Positions 30,416 to 41,097 of a stretch of DNA of 58,385 bases are shown here, piece by piece; position 1 is the first letter of the stretch, and the number at the start of each line of letters is the position of its first letter. Made by a program: the position numbers and the translations under genes. This DNA comes from Methylocystaceae bacterium (GTDB lineage Bacteria; Pseudomonadota; Alphaproteobacteria; Rhizobiales; Beijerinckiaceae): assembly GCA_009921565.1 (NCBI GenBank), contig RFXM01000001.1, forward strand, positions 1 through 58,385, written 5' to 3'. The notes under the pieces were generated by a model. That model worked only from the letters and a program-made list of their open reading frames with translations. It was not told the origin of the DNA and did not search any database.

Positions 30416-31170
30416 ACGCACCCCCTCCTCCAGCCCTCGCCGTAACCAACCTTACGCATGCCTACGGCGCGCGCAACGCCTTGGAGGATGTCACATTCTC
30501 CACTCCACAAGGTCGGTTTACTGTCTTGCTGGGATTAAATGGCGCCGGGAAGACAACGCTATTTTCTCTCATCACGCGGCTTTACTCGGCGCAAAGCGGC
30601 GAAATAAATATCTTTGGCGTTAATATTAGTCGTCAACCTAGCGCCGCGTTACGCCAATTAGGCGTCGTCTTTCAATCTCGCACCTTAGATCTTGAACTCA
30701 GTCTAATACAAAATTTGCTCTATCACGCCGCCTTGCATGGCATTGAGCCCGCAAAAGCCCGCATTCTTGGTCTTGCTGCGCTCGAGCGCGCAGGTCTTTT
30801 AGGACGCGCGCAGGATAAAGCGCGGACGCTTTCAGGCGGACAAATGCGACGTGTTGAAATTCTGCGCGCATTGATGCATGCGCCGCGGCTGCTCCTCCTT
30901 GATGAACCTACAGTCGGCCTAGACATTAAGGCGCGCGCGGACCTTATTGCGCAAGTGCGCACCCTTGTGAAAGAGCAAGGCCTGAGCGTTCTTTGGACAA
31001 CGCATCTTATTGATGAAATCGCTCATGATGATGAAATTATTATTCTCCATCAAGGTAGAATCCTCGCAAGCGGACGCGCAGATTCCATTATTGAAAAATC
31101 TGGCGCCGCGACCATTAGCGATGCCTTCGCCTTAATTACTGGAAATCACGCCGAAAGGCTCCAGACATGA
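30412..31170 (+). CDS. ABC transporter ATP-binding protein (PedB/LutE-like)
   Basis: Walker A GLNGAGKT, signature LSGGQ, Walker B LLLDEPT and H-loop TTH. Confidence 0.93.
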   Translation: MNAPPPPALAVTNLTHAYGARNALEDVTFSTPQGRFTVLLGLNGAGKTTLFSLITRLYSAQSGEINIFGVNISRQPSAALRQLGVVFQSRTLDLELSLIQNLLYHAALHGIEPAKARILGLAALERAGLLGRAQDKARTLSGGQMRRVEILRALMHAPRLLLLDEPTVGLDIKARADLIAQVRTLVKEQGLSVLWTTHLIDEIAHDDEIIILHQGRILASGRADSIIEKSGAATISDAFALITGNHAERLQT

Positions 31171-32003
31171 GCATGACAGCGCTAGATGGCATCAAACCCC
31201 TTACTCTTCGACAATATTTCATTTGCCTATGGGGCATCGTCTGGCGAGAGGGACTTAGATTCCTACATCAACGCGAGCGCTTCATCTCTGCGCTTGTTCG
31301 CCCACTCGTTTGGCTCTTCATTTTCGCTGCTGGCTTTCGACAGGTGCTTGGGATTTCAATTATCCCTCCCTATGACACCTATATATTGTATGAGGTTTAC
31401 ATCACGCCGGGATTGATGGCGATGATTCAGCTCTTCAATGGCATGCAGTCTTCTTTATCTATGGTCTATGACAGAGAAATGGGCAATATGCGCACATTGC
31501 TCATTTCTCCCTTTCCAAGATGGTTTTTACTTAGCTCTAAACTCTTTGCGGGCGTCTTTGTTTCTATCTTGCAGGTCTATGCATATCTGCTCATTGCATA
31601 TTTTTGGGAAATTGAGCCGCCCAGCTTATGGGGCTACGCGACAGTTTTACCCGCGCTTGCTCTGTGCGGCTTAATGCTTGGGGCGCTAGGTATGGTTCTG
31701 TCTTCTTTAATCAAACAGCTTGAAAATTTTGCTGGCGTAATGAATTTCGTAATTTTTCCGATGTTCTTCGCCTCTTCCGCGCTTTATCCGCTTTGGCGCG
31801 TAAAAGAATCGAGCCCGTGGCTTTATTATGTTTGCGCCCTCAATCCCTTCACGCATGCAGTCGAGCTCATCCGCTTCGCCTTTTATCAAAAATTTGATTG
31901 GATATCCTGCGCAGCCGTTGGCGCCTACACAGCTGTATTTCTGATTGCAGCGCTGATAGCCTACGATCCTGCTCGCGGTATGTTAATGCGCAAAAGCGGA
32001 TAA
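31167..32003 (+). CDS. ABC-2 type permease (PedC/LutF-like)
   Basis: Multiple TM segments; FNGMQSSLSMVYDREMG and QLENFAGVMNFVIFPMFF. Confidence 0.92.
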   Translation: MSMTALDGIKPLTLRQYFICLWGIVWREGLRFLHQRERFISALVRPLVWLFIFAAGFRQVLGISIIPPYDTYILYEVYITPGLMAMIQLFNGMQSSLSMVYDREMGNMRTLLISPFPRWFLLSSKLFAGVFVSILQVYAYLLIAYFWEIEPPSLWGYATVLPALALCGLMLGALGMVLSSLIKQLENFAGVMNFVIFPMFFASSALYPLWRVKESSPWLYYVCALNPFTHAVELIRFAFYQKFDWISCAAVGAYTAVFLIAALIAYDPARGMLMRKSG

Positions 32004-32073
32004 GATCACTCTTAACAATTTACCAAAAAAAGCGCCTAGACCCCAGTTCAAGCATGATCGCGTACTGCAAGAC

Positions 32074-33021
32074 TTAGCGGATTGGCGGAGGAACGCTTTT
32101 ATTTGACTCTGCAGCTTTAGATCCAGAGGCAAATTGTGCGCCGAGCAAAATCGCCCGCGCTTCCGTTAATCGTAAGGCGCAATAACCAAACTCAGATTCT
32201 TTAGCGTACGATCGGCAGATTTCTTCACGTCTTGATGAAAAGCCCGCCTGCTCTCGAACAATTGAACTTCGAATTTCTTTTTCTTTTTTATTGCGATCGT
32301 AAAGGGCGCGAAAATTACTGCGCATTGTCTTTTCAACATCAGCTCGCGCCGCCAGCATATCAGCCGCTTTTTTAGGATCAAATTCGCTTTCTGTCATACC
32401 CCAAAGCCCTGCGGGGTCAGCTCGACAATCTGACGATTTCATCTCGCAAGCCTTGCCCTCATGGGAAACAAGCACTGCGCCGTCTAAAACATCAAGGTTA
32501 AAAGCGCAGGCCGGCAATTCAATTTGATAGCGTCGCAATCCTGTCTGGCTCTCTATTGTAGCAAGTTTAATTGGCGCGCCCGAAACCTCAACGCGACACT
32601 GTTCGCCTGAGCGCGATAGTCGATCGCCAATAAAAATCAACCGCGCTACTTGTAAATCAGCGCCATTACGCGAAAATTCAATCTCGCTTCCAAGCCCATC
32701 GCGCTTAAGGGTTTTGCCAATAATTGTCTCCTCCGCCGGAGCTTTTAACATGACAGGACGCAGATGCGCTTCGCCGCCAGAGGCGCTTTTTTTTCCTGAG
32801 GTCGCATTTGCGCCTACCGGCGTTGGCGCGACGGCGCCAGGCAAGGCTAACTGCGCGTGCGCCTCAAGCGCGATGAAAAAATAAACACCCGTGAGCGCCG
32901 CGGTTAGCTTGAGATAGCGCTGAAACGTCTCAAGCTTTTGGGGGCGAACATCCCCGTCCATCAAGGACAGCCTTTCAAGCAATGCTGCGGCAAGAGAGCG
33001 CAAGAGGGTTAGCTGGCTCAA
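32074..33021 (-). CDS. Hypothetical exported Cys-containing protein (true start probably downstream of 33021)
   Basis: Long ORF abutting the infC stop; signal-like segment ending AHA-Q; six Cys. Confidence 0.7.
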   Translation of the reverse strand: MSQLTLLRSLAAALLERLSLMDGDVRPQKLETFQRYLKLTAALTGVYFFIALEAHAQLALPGAVAPTPVGANATSGKKSASGGEAHLRPVMLKAPAEETIIGKTLKRDGLGSEIEFSRNGADLQVARLIFIGDRLSRSGEQCRVEVSGAPIKLATIESQTGLRRYQIELPACAFNLDVLDGAVLVSHEGKACEMKSSDCRADPAGLWGMTESEFDPKKAADMLAARADVEKTMRSNFRALYDRNKKEKEIRSSIVREQAGFSSRREEICRSYAKESEFGYCALRLTEARAILLGAQFASGSKAAESNKSVPPPIR

Positions 33022-33557
33022 CGCGGCGCTAGAACCATAACCATCTGGCGACCTTCCATGGATGGCTCCAGCTCAACCTTAGCGAGCTTTTCTGTCTCAG
33101 CCTTCACTCGAGTCAGGAGACGAAAGCCAAGATCTTGGTGCGCAATCTCGCGGCCCCGAAAACGCAGCGTCACTTTGACCTTATCGCCCTCTTCAAAGAA
33201 CCGGCGCACGGCGCGCATTTTAACGTCATAATCATGATCATCGATACCAGGCCGTAACTTAATTTCCTTGACCTCAACGACTTTCTGTTTTTTACGCGCT
33301 TCCGCCGCCTTCTTTTGCTCGGCGAAGCGAAAACGTCCGTAGTCAAGGATTTTGCAAACTGGCGGCTCGGCATTGGGAGCGATCTCGACGAGATCTAAGC
33401 CTGCTTCCTCCGCCATAGTCAGCGCGTCCTGGATCGGGATAGCGCCATGATTTTTGCCCTCGGCGTCGATTAACTGCACATCGCGGGCGCGAATATCTCG
33501 GTTGATGCGCGGTCCTTCTTTCAATGGGGCCGCAGCAGTCTTCATAGGTCGGCGAAT
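33018..33557 (-). CDS. infC: Translation initiation factor IF-3 with ATT start
   Basis: [24 protein letters not shown] and [23 protein letters not shown] is spaced for ATT 33557 (IRRP-MKT), matching the known AUU start of infC. Confidence 0.97.
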   Translation of the reverse strand: MRRPMKTAAAPLKEGPRINRDIRARDVQLIDAEGKNHGAIPIQDALTMAEEAGLDLVEIAPNAEPPVCKILDYGRFRFAEQKKAAEARKKQKVVEVKEIKLRPGIDDHDYDVKMRAVRRFFEEGDKVKVTLRFRGREIAHQDLGFRLLTRVKAETEKLAKVELEPSMEGRQMVMVLAPR

Positions 33558-33753
33558 GGAACATCTCCCTTTTGATCAATAGTCTGATGAGCAGCCAAAG
33601 CTTTGGCCGCGGTCTCTCCCGCCGGCAAGACCCGCCGGCAGGTTTTGGGGAGATTCACACTCCCGTGACGCAAGTCAACTGCCTAAGAGGAAGAAACCCG
33701 TATTTTTCTTGCCTCCCCCAAGAAAACTGGCGCATTGGGGATAATTAAGGGGC

Positions 33754-33975
33754 TCAAAATGCGCCCGCCAGAGCTGGGCAACCCTGACAGGCCTCTCCGC
33801 CCGAACGCTGACAACTCGGCTCTGGGTCGCTTTGTGTCAGGGGTTTTGCAATATGGGCAAGCTGCCGCTGCGCCCGCGCGGCGCCACAAGCTGGGCAGGC
33901 TGGCGTCTCGTCAAAACGACTTAAGGCCTCAAATTCATGTGCGCAATTTACGCAGGCATAATTAAAGAGCGGCAT
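33754..33975 (-). CDS. FmdB-family zinc-ribbon protein
   Basis: MPLFNYACVNCAHEFE...CPACG signature. Confidence 0.88.
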   Translation of the reverse strand: MPLFNYACVNCAHEFEALSRFDETPACPACGAARAQRQLAHIAKPLTQSDPEPSCQRSGGEACQGCPALAGAF

Positions 33976-34130
33976 AAAAAAAGATCATCTTCCCTTTACC
34001 CCACGATCAAAAGGCTTTTACACTTTTCATTGGTTGCCGCAAAGAGAACGATCCGACGACGCGCCCCCTTTCTCATTGCCATCGCCGTAAAAATTCACCT
34101 CTGCGTTAATCCTGAGTTGGATCCTGCCTC

Positions 34131-35873
34131 ATGACACTCTACGCCCCAACAGACGACATTCTCTTCGCCCTAAAACTAGCTGCTGGCGAAGAAGAGATGA
34201 CGTCCGGTTTGTTTCAAGATCTCGCCAATGGCTTTGCTGAACAAACAATTTTGGAAGCCGAAAAATTCGCTAAAGCGCAATTATGGCCACTTAATAAAAT
34301 TGGCGATCAAATTGGCGCGCGCTTTGACGCCGGCGTCGTCACGACTGCGCCCGGCTGGAAAGTAGCCTATGAAAAATGGAAAGAGAGCGGCTGGAATGGA
34401 CTCTCCGCCGAGGTGGAACATGGCGGCTCAGGACTTCCAATATTGCTTAACGCCGCCTGTACAGAAATCTGGAACAGCGCCAATATCGCTTTCGCGCTTT
34501 GCCCCCTTTTGAGCCATGGAGCGATTGAAGCGCTTTCAGCTCACGCCTCAGAAGAATTGAAAAAAATTTATCTGCCTCCAATAATCAGCGGCGCATGGCC
34601 CGCGACCATGAATCTAACAGAACCCCAAGCCGGCACAGATCTCGCGTTGCTGAGAACGCGCGCAGAGCGGGATGAAAAAGGCTACTATCGTATTTATGGT
34701 CAAAAAATATACATTACTTACGGCGAACATGATTTATCAGAAAATATTATTCATCTCGTTCTCGCGCGCTTGCCAGATGCGCCAAATGGCACGCGCGGCA
34801 TTTCATTGTTTCTTGCGCCAAAATTTTTAGCAGATGACGCTGGCGGGTTCACCCGACGCAATGACATACGCTGTGTTGGACTGGAACATAAACTTGGCAT
34901 TCATGGCTCGCCAACCTGCACAATGTCTTTTGGCGATACACAGGGGGCGACCGCCTTTCTAATCGGTGAAGAAAACAATGGTCTCGCCTGCATGTTCACT
35001 ATGATGAACAATGCGCGACTAAATGTCGGCATCCAAGGCGTGGCTTTGGCGGAACGGGCTACCCAAATGGCGCTTGCTTATGCGCAAGACCGCAAACAGG
35101 GACGCGCCCTCGGGGCTGTAAGGACAAGTTCTATTATTGAACATCCCGATGTTATGCGCATGTTGCTAACAATGGCCAGCCTCACATGCGCTGCGCGAAG
35201 CATTTGTTTTGAGACTGCCGCTAGTCTTGATAGAGCGTCCCGCGAAAAAGATCCGACAAAAGCAAAAGCCGCTTTCGAGCGCGCAAGCCTCCTCACGCCT
35301 ATCGCCAAAGCCTTTTCATCGGACATCGCCAATGAAACGACATCGCTCGGCGTTCAGGTATTTGGAGGGATGGGTTATATTGAGGAGACGGGAGCGGCGC
35401 AACTTATGCGCGACGCCCGTATCTGCGCCATCTATGAAGGCACTAACGGGGTGCAAGCAGTAGATTTAACAATGCGCAAAATTATGCTCTCAGAGGGCGA
35501 AACGCTTGAGAATGAACTAACGAATATGGATAAAATCGCTTATGATGTGAGCTGCGAAAATCTGATCAATGCTGTTCGAGCATTAAAAGAAGCAAGCGCA
35601 TTCATCCAGCAAACGCTAAAGCATGACCCCAATATTGCGCTTGCCAGCGCAACGCCCTATCTACGTCTTTTTGCGCTCGCTCGAGGCGGTACTTTACTCA
35701 GCAAGGCGGCGGATAGGGCAAAGAAAAACAACGACCCCCACAGCATGCGACGCGAAACAATCGCTAAATTTTTTGCCCATCATATCGCTAACAGCGCCCC
35801 AGCATTGGCAATGAGCATAATTCATGGCGCAGAATATACGCTAGCTGGAGCGAAAATATTCAACTGCCCATAA
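34131..35873 (+). CDS. Acyl-CoA dehydrogenase (long type, DmdC-like)
   Basis: TMNLTEPQAG, EHKLGIHGSPTC, GGMGYIEE and IYEGTNGVQA. Confidence 0.93.
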   Translation: MTLYAPTDDILFALKLAAGEEEMTSGLFQDLANGFAEQTILEAEKFAKAQLWPLNKIGDQIGARFDAGVVTTAPGWKVAYEKWKESGWNGLSAEVEHGGSGLPILLNAACTEIWNSANIAFALCPLLSHGAIEALSAHASEELKKIYLPPIISGAWPATMNLTEPQAGTDLALLRTRAERDEKGYYRIYGQKIYITYGEHDLSENIIHLVLARLPDAPNGTRGISLFLAPKFLADDAGGFTRRNDIRCVGLEHKLGIHGSPTCTMSFGDTQGATAFLIGEENNGLACMFTMMNNARLNVGIQGVALAERATQMALAYAQDRKQGRALGAVRTSSIIEHPDVMRMLLTMASLTCAARSICFETAASLDRASREKDPTKAKAAFERASLLTPIAKAFSSDIANETTSLGVQVFGGMGYIEETGAAQLMRDARICAIYEGTNGVQAVDLTMRKIMLSEGETLENELTNMDKIAYDVSCENLINAVRALKEASAFIQQTLKHDPNIALASATPYLRLFALARGGTLLSKAADRAKKNNDPHSMRRETIAKFFAHHIANSAPALAMSIIHGAEYTLAGAKIFNCP

Positions 35874-37320
35874 ACGCGCATAAGGCTTGCTGTTGGCTTG
35901 CGCTCATCCGCAACCCAAGCTTACTGCGCCGCCAGAGAATATCCTCCGCGCAGCGAGCCCATTCATGCTCTTTTAGATAGTTTATTTCCGCTTCAAATAA
36001 CCCGCAGCCAAAATCACGCCCGAGATCCTGCTTGTTTTGGGCGTTGCTTAAAATACGATCCGCGCGCGCGCCATAAGATCGCGCCAAGCGCCACGCCTCT
36101 CCTTCGCTTAAAAAAGGCGCTTGTAGACGCAACATTAGATATACGTCTTCAAATAATTTCTCGCCGCCAGGAAGTTTTGCTTCTTTTGTCCAAGCCATCC
36201 CTGCATGCGCAAAAAATTTACTTAATTGATCAACCGCATGCTCCGCCAATCTACGCGAGGTTGTTAATTTTCCGCCAAATATTGACAGCGCTGGCGCATG
36301 CCCGTCCACTACATCAAGATCAAAAGCATAATCCCGCGTCACAACCGAGGCGCTCAAAGCGCCATCGTCATAAAGAGGTCTGAGACCTGAGTAGCTATAA
36401 ATAATTTGTTCGCGAGCGACTGGAATGCGCCAGTAATGATTTACCACAGATAAAAGATAATCTCTCTCGCTGTCGCTCATCCTTACCGGCCCTGGCGGCG
36501 CGTCATAAGGCACATCTGTCGTGCCGATAAGCGTAAATTCTTGTTCATAGGGAATTACAAAAACGATCCGTCCATCGATGTTTTGTAAAATATAAGCTTG
36601 ATCGCCTGTATACAGCTTTCGCGTTACAATATGCGATCCCTGAACAAGCCGCATATGCTTGTGAGTCTTAATCTGCAACACATCGTCAATGATCTTTGAA
36701 ACCCAAGGACCAGCTGCGTTCACTAAACTACGCGCTAAAAGCTCCTGCCCATCCGCCAGCTTAATCCGCCACAAATCGCTGATACGCCGCGCGTCAGTTA
36801 CACAAGCGCCAACGTTAATTTGTGCGCCGCGTTCTTTGGCGTCTAGCGCATTAAGAACGACAAACCTTGCATCATCCACCCAACAGTCTGAATAGGTAAA
36901 AGCTAACAAATATTCGTCTCTCAATGGCGCGCCAACTTCATTAGCGGCAAGCCTAACCATTTGCGATCCTTCAAGTCGCTTTCGCCAGGAAAGGTGATCA
37001 TAAAGAAAAAGCCCTAGCCTCAGCATCCATATCGGCCGACGGCCCCGTTCATGCGGCAAAACAAATTTTAAGGGCCAAATAATATGTGGAGCGCTGGCGA
37101 GCAGTCTTTCGCGTTCCGCCAATGCCTCATGAACAAGCTTAAACTCAAAAAGTTCTAAATAGCGCAATCCGCCGTGAATGAGCTTAGTCGAGGCGGATGA
37201 CGTTCCGCTCGCTAGATCGTTTTTTTCGCAAAGACAAACAGAAAGTCCTCGTCCGGCAGCGTCTCGAGCGATTGCGCAGCCGTTAATTCCTCCACCAATT
37301 ATTAGTAAGTCATAGATCAT
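35860..37320 (-). CDS. glpD: Aerobic glycerol-3-phosphate dehydrogenase
   Basis: GGGING, TSSASTKLIHGGLRYLE, GGKLTT and DILWRRSKLG. Confidence 0.95.
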   Translation of the reverse strand: MIYDLLIIGGGINGCAIARDAAGRGLSVCLCEKNDLASGTSSASTKLIHGGLRYLELFEFKLVHEALAERERLLASAPHIIWPLKFVLPHERGRRPIWMLRLGLFLYDHLSWRKRLEGSQMVRLAANEVGAPLRDEYLLAFTYSDCWVDDARFVVLNALDAKERGAQINVGACVTDARRISDLWRIKLADGQELLARSLVNAAGPWVSKIIDDVLQIKTHKHMRLVQGSHIVTRKLYTGDQAYILQNIDGRIVFVIPYEQEFTLIGTTDVPYDAPPGPVRMSDSERDYLLSVVNHYWRIPVAREQIIYSYSGLRPLYDDGALSASVVTRDYAFDLDVVDGHAPALSIFGGKLTTSRRLAEHAVDQLSKFFAHAGMAWTKEAKLPGGEKLFEDVYLMLRLQAPFLSEGEAWRLARSYGARADRILSNAQNKQDLGRDFGCGLFEAEINYLKEHEWARCAEDILWRRSKLGLRMSASQQQALCAFMGS

Positions 37321-37356
37321 TTGCTTTACCGCGCCATAAGCCGTTAATAGGCTGTT

Positions 37357-40300
37357 TCAAAGGGCGCCATCGACCCGCACAACGCTTTTTCCGCCGCCGC
37401 GCCGCTCAACGCAAATCTTAGTTGCAATTCTTTGTTGTAACGCCTCGACATGGCTTATTACCCCCACACGGCGTCCCTGGCCTTGTAAATTTTCCAACGC
37501 GTCAATTGCTATATCTAGGGTTGCGCCATCTAGAGATCCAAACCCTTCATCGATAAATAAGGTATCGATGAAAGAGTCGCGACCCTCGAGCCCAGCGAGC
37601 GCTAGGGCAAGCGCCAAAGAAACCAAGAAACGCTCTCCACCTGAAAGCGACCGCGTTGATCGACGCTCATCTCCCAGATCTCGGTCAATCACATGAATCC
37701 CTAATCCATCAGTCTCGATTGATTTTTCAAGAACATAACGCGATGTTAAATACTTAAGTCTCTGATTGGCTAAAACAATGAGATGTTCAAGGGTCATGCT
37801 TTGAGCAAAGCGTCTAAATTTATCGCCACTCTTAGAACCAATCGCCTCATTGATTTCATCCCAAATCTGCCGCTTGGCGGCCGCAAGCGAGATGTCTTTA
37901 TTGATGTCATGAACGCGCGCCTGCGCAAGATCATCTGTCTCGAGCTGCTGCCGCAACGCCCCAATCCTGATAGAGCAGGAGTCAATTTGATGTTTAAATC
38001 CTTCGCTTCTCTCAATGAGCTGGTCTCGAGAGAGGCCACCTATAAGCGATTTCTGGATTTCTTGCACATCGTTTAAGCGCGCAATTCTTGTCGACTCTGT
38101 TATCGCAAAAGTTTCTTTGGCCGCGCTAATGTTAGCTTGTAGAGTAAACAAATCTTCATCATCCTCTAGGATTTTCTGCACAAGCGATGCTTCCAACCCA
38201 GACATAATTAAAGAGGATCTGAAAGTTGAATCTAAATCTTCGTAGCGCTTTCTCGCGTTAGCTAATTTTTTAAAACAGTCCATATATTGCATATCGATTA
38301 CAGCGATATTTTTTTCCAGCTCATTAAGCTGCTCCCTTAATAGGTCGCGCTTTTCTTTTGCGGCGCACTGATCCGACTCAATTTCTCTGCGATTTAATTC
38401 AATATCCCCATCAGAGAAAACCGCAATACGTTGTTCTTTCAGCTTTTGCAGGTAATTTTCTTTTTCTTGGCAGGCCTGCTCGGCAAGACTCAGATCTTGT
38501 GAAAATTCAAAATTTTGCGCTAAGCGGCTAGAAATCTCTAAATCTAGCGAAAATAATTCCTTGTTGCAGGACTCAAAAGCGTGACGTAACGCTAAAAGAC
38601 GCGTTGCTTTGTCTTTCAAAACTTGACGCACATGCGTCGGCGTATCCTCAATTGCCCGCCGATCTAGCTCGCATGCCTTTAGAATGGGATTTAAAAAAAG
38701 ATCCAGCTCCGCGAGCCGGTCTTGATTGCTTGAGAAAAGCTGACTTAACCGCGACTGTTCAACACCCTTAACATGTTTTTTCTCGCTGAGATGCGCTCGC
38801 GCCTCTTGTGTGTGGGCCAAAGCTAGATTTGCCGCATCAAAACTGCTGCGCAATTTATCTCGTAAGATCCGCAAATCTTTAACAGATTTAACATCCTGCT
38901 CCAGCTGGGCGTGAGCCTCCAAAGAGGCTGCTTTGAGCAACGTTAATGGCGTTAGCGCCTGGTCAATTTCTATCTGCTCTAAACCAAAGCATCCTGATTG
39001 AAAAATATTTTGAAAGTCCTGTTGAGACTTTATAATTTTTTTCGATAGGTCATCTTCTTGACGCTGCAAGGCGAGACTCTCTGCGCGCAGAGCTGATTCC
39101 TGCGCGCTCCGGGCGATCACTTCTGCGCCTGTTTGCGTTATCAGTTGAAGCATTGCTTCGCGTTTCGCGCTTATGGCTGCGACAAGCTGCTGCGCAGCGC
39201 TCTCTTCACGAGTAAAGACATGCTCAAGGCTTCCGCAAACAGGACAAGCGCAGTCAGGCTGGAGCGAGGCGCGCAAGCGCAAAGCCTCTGGCGCGTTCAT
39301 AGCGTCTGCGAGATCTCCAAGCCTCCTCGCCTCCATATCCTCTAAGACCTGGCGTTCTTGGCGTTGTTTTAATTTAGTCAATTCTTCAGAAATATCGCTC
39401 AACTCTTCCATGAGGGCTGCGCGGTATTGTCTAATCGTATTTTTCTCTTTTTTTGTTTCTAAACATTGCGTGGCGAGCTCTAAAAGGACATTAATCTTCG
39501 AGATTTTTTCCAAACTCTCCCTAAAACTCTCTTCGATTTCATCTGCGTTTTTTTCCTCTAGGATATGCTCGTAATTATGAATTTCCTTAAGAAAATGCTC
39601 CCTCTGAGCTAAAGCATGCGCTTCAGAGGTTTCGAGACGTTCTCGATCTATCTCATAGCTCGCGATCTGCTCTTGCAAAAGACGCATCTGTGCGAGCGTC
39701 TGCTGGCTTTTTGCTAAAAGAGCCTGGCGCGCATCAAGCCGCCGTTCGATGTCTTCTAGCTGCTCGCTTAACTTCGAAAGATCCGCAAACGCCGCTAACT
39801 CTTCTGTTAGCTCTGAACGCTCCACGAGTAGTTCTAAGCGCCTTTGCTCTCCTTGCGCTAGGGCGCATCTAGTTTCCTCTAATTTTTTGATACGATCATT
39901 GATCGCTCCACGCGCCTCAAGCACTCCTGGCGTGAGTGTTTGTATGGCGATATCAAGCCTTGAAGCCTCTAACCAGATCGGCGAAAGTCGCGCATTCTCG
40001 AGACTAATTTCTACAAGTCTTTGTTGCGCCGCTACCTCTTGATCTTGAATCTTTCTCTGAGCTTCCTTAGTCGCCTCCAGCTCAACCGTCAGCGCTCTAG
40101 CTTGTTCTTCAAGCTTAAGCGTTACATCTTCGGCTTCTTTGGCCTTAAGATAGTTAAGGCGCAAAGGCTCAAAACGTTGACGTATTTCTAGATAAGCAAT
40201 CTTTGGCTCCAAAACCTCAAGAGCGCGTCGCGCTTCTTCTTGCGCTTGCTGAGCAATGATCAATCGTCCCTGCGCTTGATCAAAAAGATCTAACTCGCGT

Positions 40301-41097
40301 AAAGCATTTTGCGTAACAAAATAGGTCTCTTCGCATTGCTGACGCCTCTCAAGCGTTTCAGCAGCCTCGCACAGAATTTCTGCGCGCGCGCTCTCGGCAA
40401 GCACGCCTACTTCGGCGCGTTTATTTTCTAACCAATTAACACGCGCTTGCGCTTCTCGCGCTTCCTCAAAAACGCGTTGCGATAGTTTTGCATAGATTTC
40501 AACGCCTGTTATTTTTTCTAGCAATTCAGCGCGCTCGCGCGCATCCGCGCGAAGAAATGCATCAAAATCGCCCTGAGCCAGCAAGGCTGTTCGACGAAAT
40601 TGTTCAAAAGTCAGATCCGTTAATTCAATGATGCGACGGTTAACAGGCTCAATGCCTGTTTCGACCGCCTGCAACGACGACCCCACTGCATCAAGCCGCC
40701 AGAGACTGCGCAGCCTATTTTGCAACCTGCCTGTGGCATTCCCGCGGGCGCGTAATAAATCACAGCGCGCGCGATAGCGCTGAGCGTCTCGAGCGACAAA
40801 ATCTACCTCCGCATAGCCTGCGCTCGCGCCGCGACGCAATATTATGCGCGGATCGCCTGAAGTCAGCGTTTCACCTGAAGCGTCGGGCCCACCCTCTCCC
40901 CCGCCAGCAGAGACAACACGCGGAAATTTATCAAAGAGCGCAAGGCAGAGCGCATCTAACAGCGTCGATTTGCCTGCGCCAGTTTCGCCTGTGATGGCGA
41001 ATAGGCCAGATGACAATAAGGGCTGCGCTTCAAAATCAATAACGAAAGGTTCCGCCAAGCTCGCAAGGTTTGCGCCTCTAATCGCCAGAATGCGCAT
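37357..41097 (-). CDS. sbcC: SMC-like ATPase SbcC
   Basis: Walker A GETGAGKST, Q-loop LAQGDF, zinc hook CPVCGS, signature LSGGE and Walker B IDEGFG; long coiled coil. Confidence 0.95.
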   Translation of the reverse strand: MRILAIRGANLASLAEPFVIDFEAQPLLSSGLFAITGETGAGKSTLLDALCLALFDKFPRVVSAGGGEGGPDASGETLTSGDPRIILRRGASAGYAEVDFVARDAQRYRARCDLLRARGNATGRLQNRLRSLWRLDAVGSSLQAVETGIEPVNRRIIELTDLTFEQFRRTALLAQGDFDAFLRADARERAELLEKITGVEIYAKLSQRVFEEAREAQARVNWLENKRAEVGVLAESARAEILCEAAETLERRQQCEETYFVTQNALRELDLFDQAQGRLIIAQQAQEEARRALEVLEPKIAYLEIRQRFEPLRLNYLKAKEAEDVTLKLEEQARALTVELEATKEAQRKIQDQEVAAQQRLVEISLENARLSPIWLEASRLDIAIQTLTPGVLEARGAINDRIKKLEETRCALAQGEQRRLELLVERSELTEELAAFADLSKLSEQLEDIERRLDARQALLAKSQQTLAQMRLLQEQIASYEIDRERLETSEAHALAQREHFLKEIHNYEHILEEKNADEIEESFRESLEKISKINVLLELATQCLETKKEKNTIRQYRAALMEELSDISEELTKLKQRQERQVLEDMEARRLGDLADAMNAPEALRLRASLQPDCACPVCGSLEHVFTREESAAQQLVAAISAKREAMLQLITQTGAEVIARSAQESALRAESLALQRQEDDLSKKIIKSQQDFQNIFQSGCFGLEQIEIDQALTPLTLLKAASLEAHAQLEQDVKSVKDLRILRDKLRSSFDAANLALAHTQEARAHLSEKKHVKGVEQSRLSQLFSSNQDRLAELDLFLNPILKACELDRRAIEDTPTHVRQVLKDKATRLLALRHAFESCNKELFSLDLEISSRLAQNFEFSQDLSLAEQACQEKENYLQKLKEQRIAVFSDGDIELNRREIESDQCAAKEKRDLLREQLNELEKNIAVIDMQYMDCFKKLANARKRYEDLDSTFRSSLIMSGLEASLVQKILEDDEDLFTLQANISAAKETFAITESTRIARLNDVQEIQKSLIGGLSRDQLIERSEGFKHQIDSCSIRIGALRQQLETDDLAQARVHDINKDISLAAAKRQIWDEINEAIGSKSGDKFRRFAQSMTLEHLIVLANQRLKYLTSRYVLEKSIETDGLGIHVIDRDLGDERRSTRSLSGGERFLVSLALALALAGLEGRDSFIDTLFIDEGFGSLDGATLDIAIDALENLQGQGRRVGVISHVEALQQRIATKICVERRGGGKSVVRVDGAL

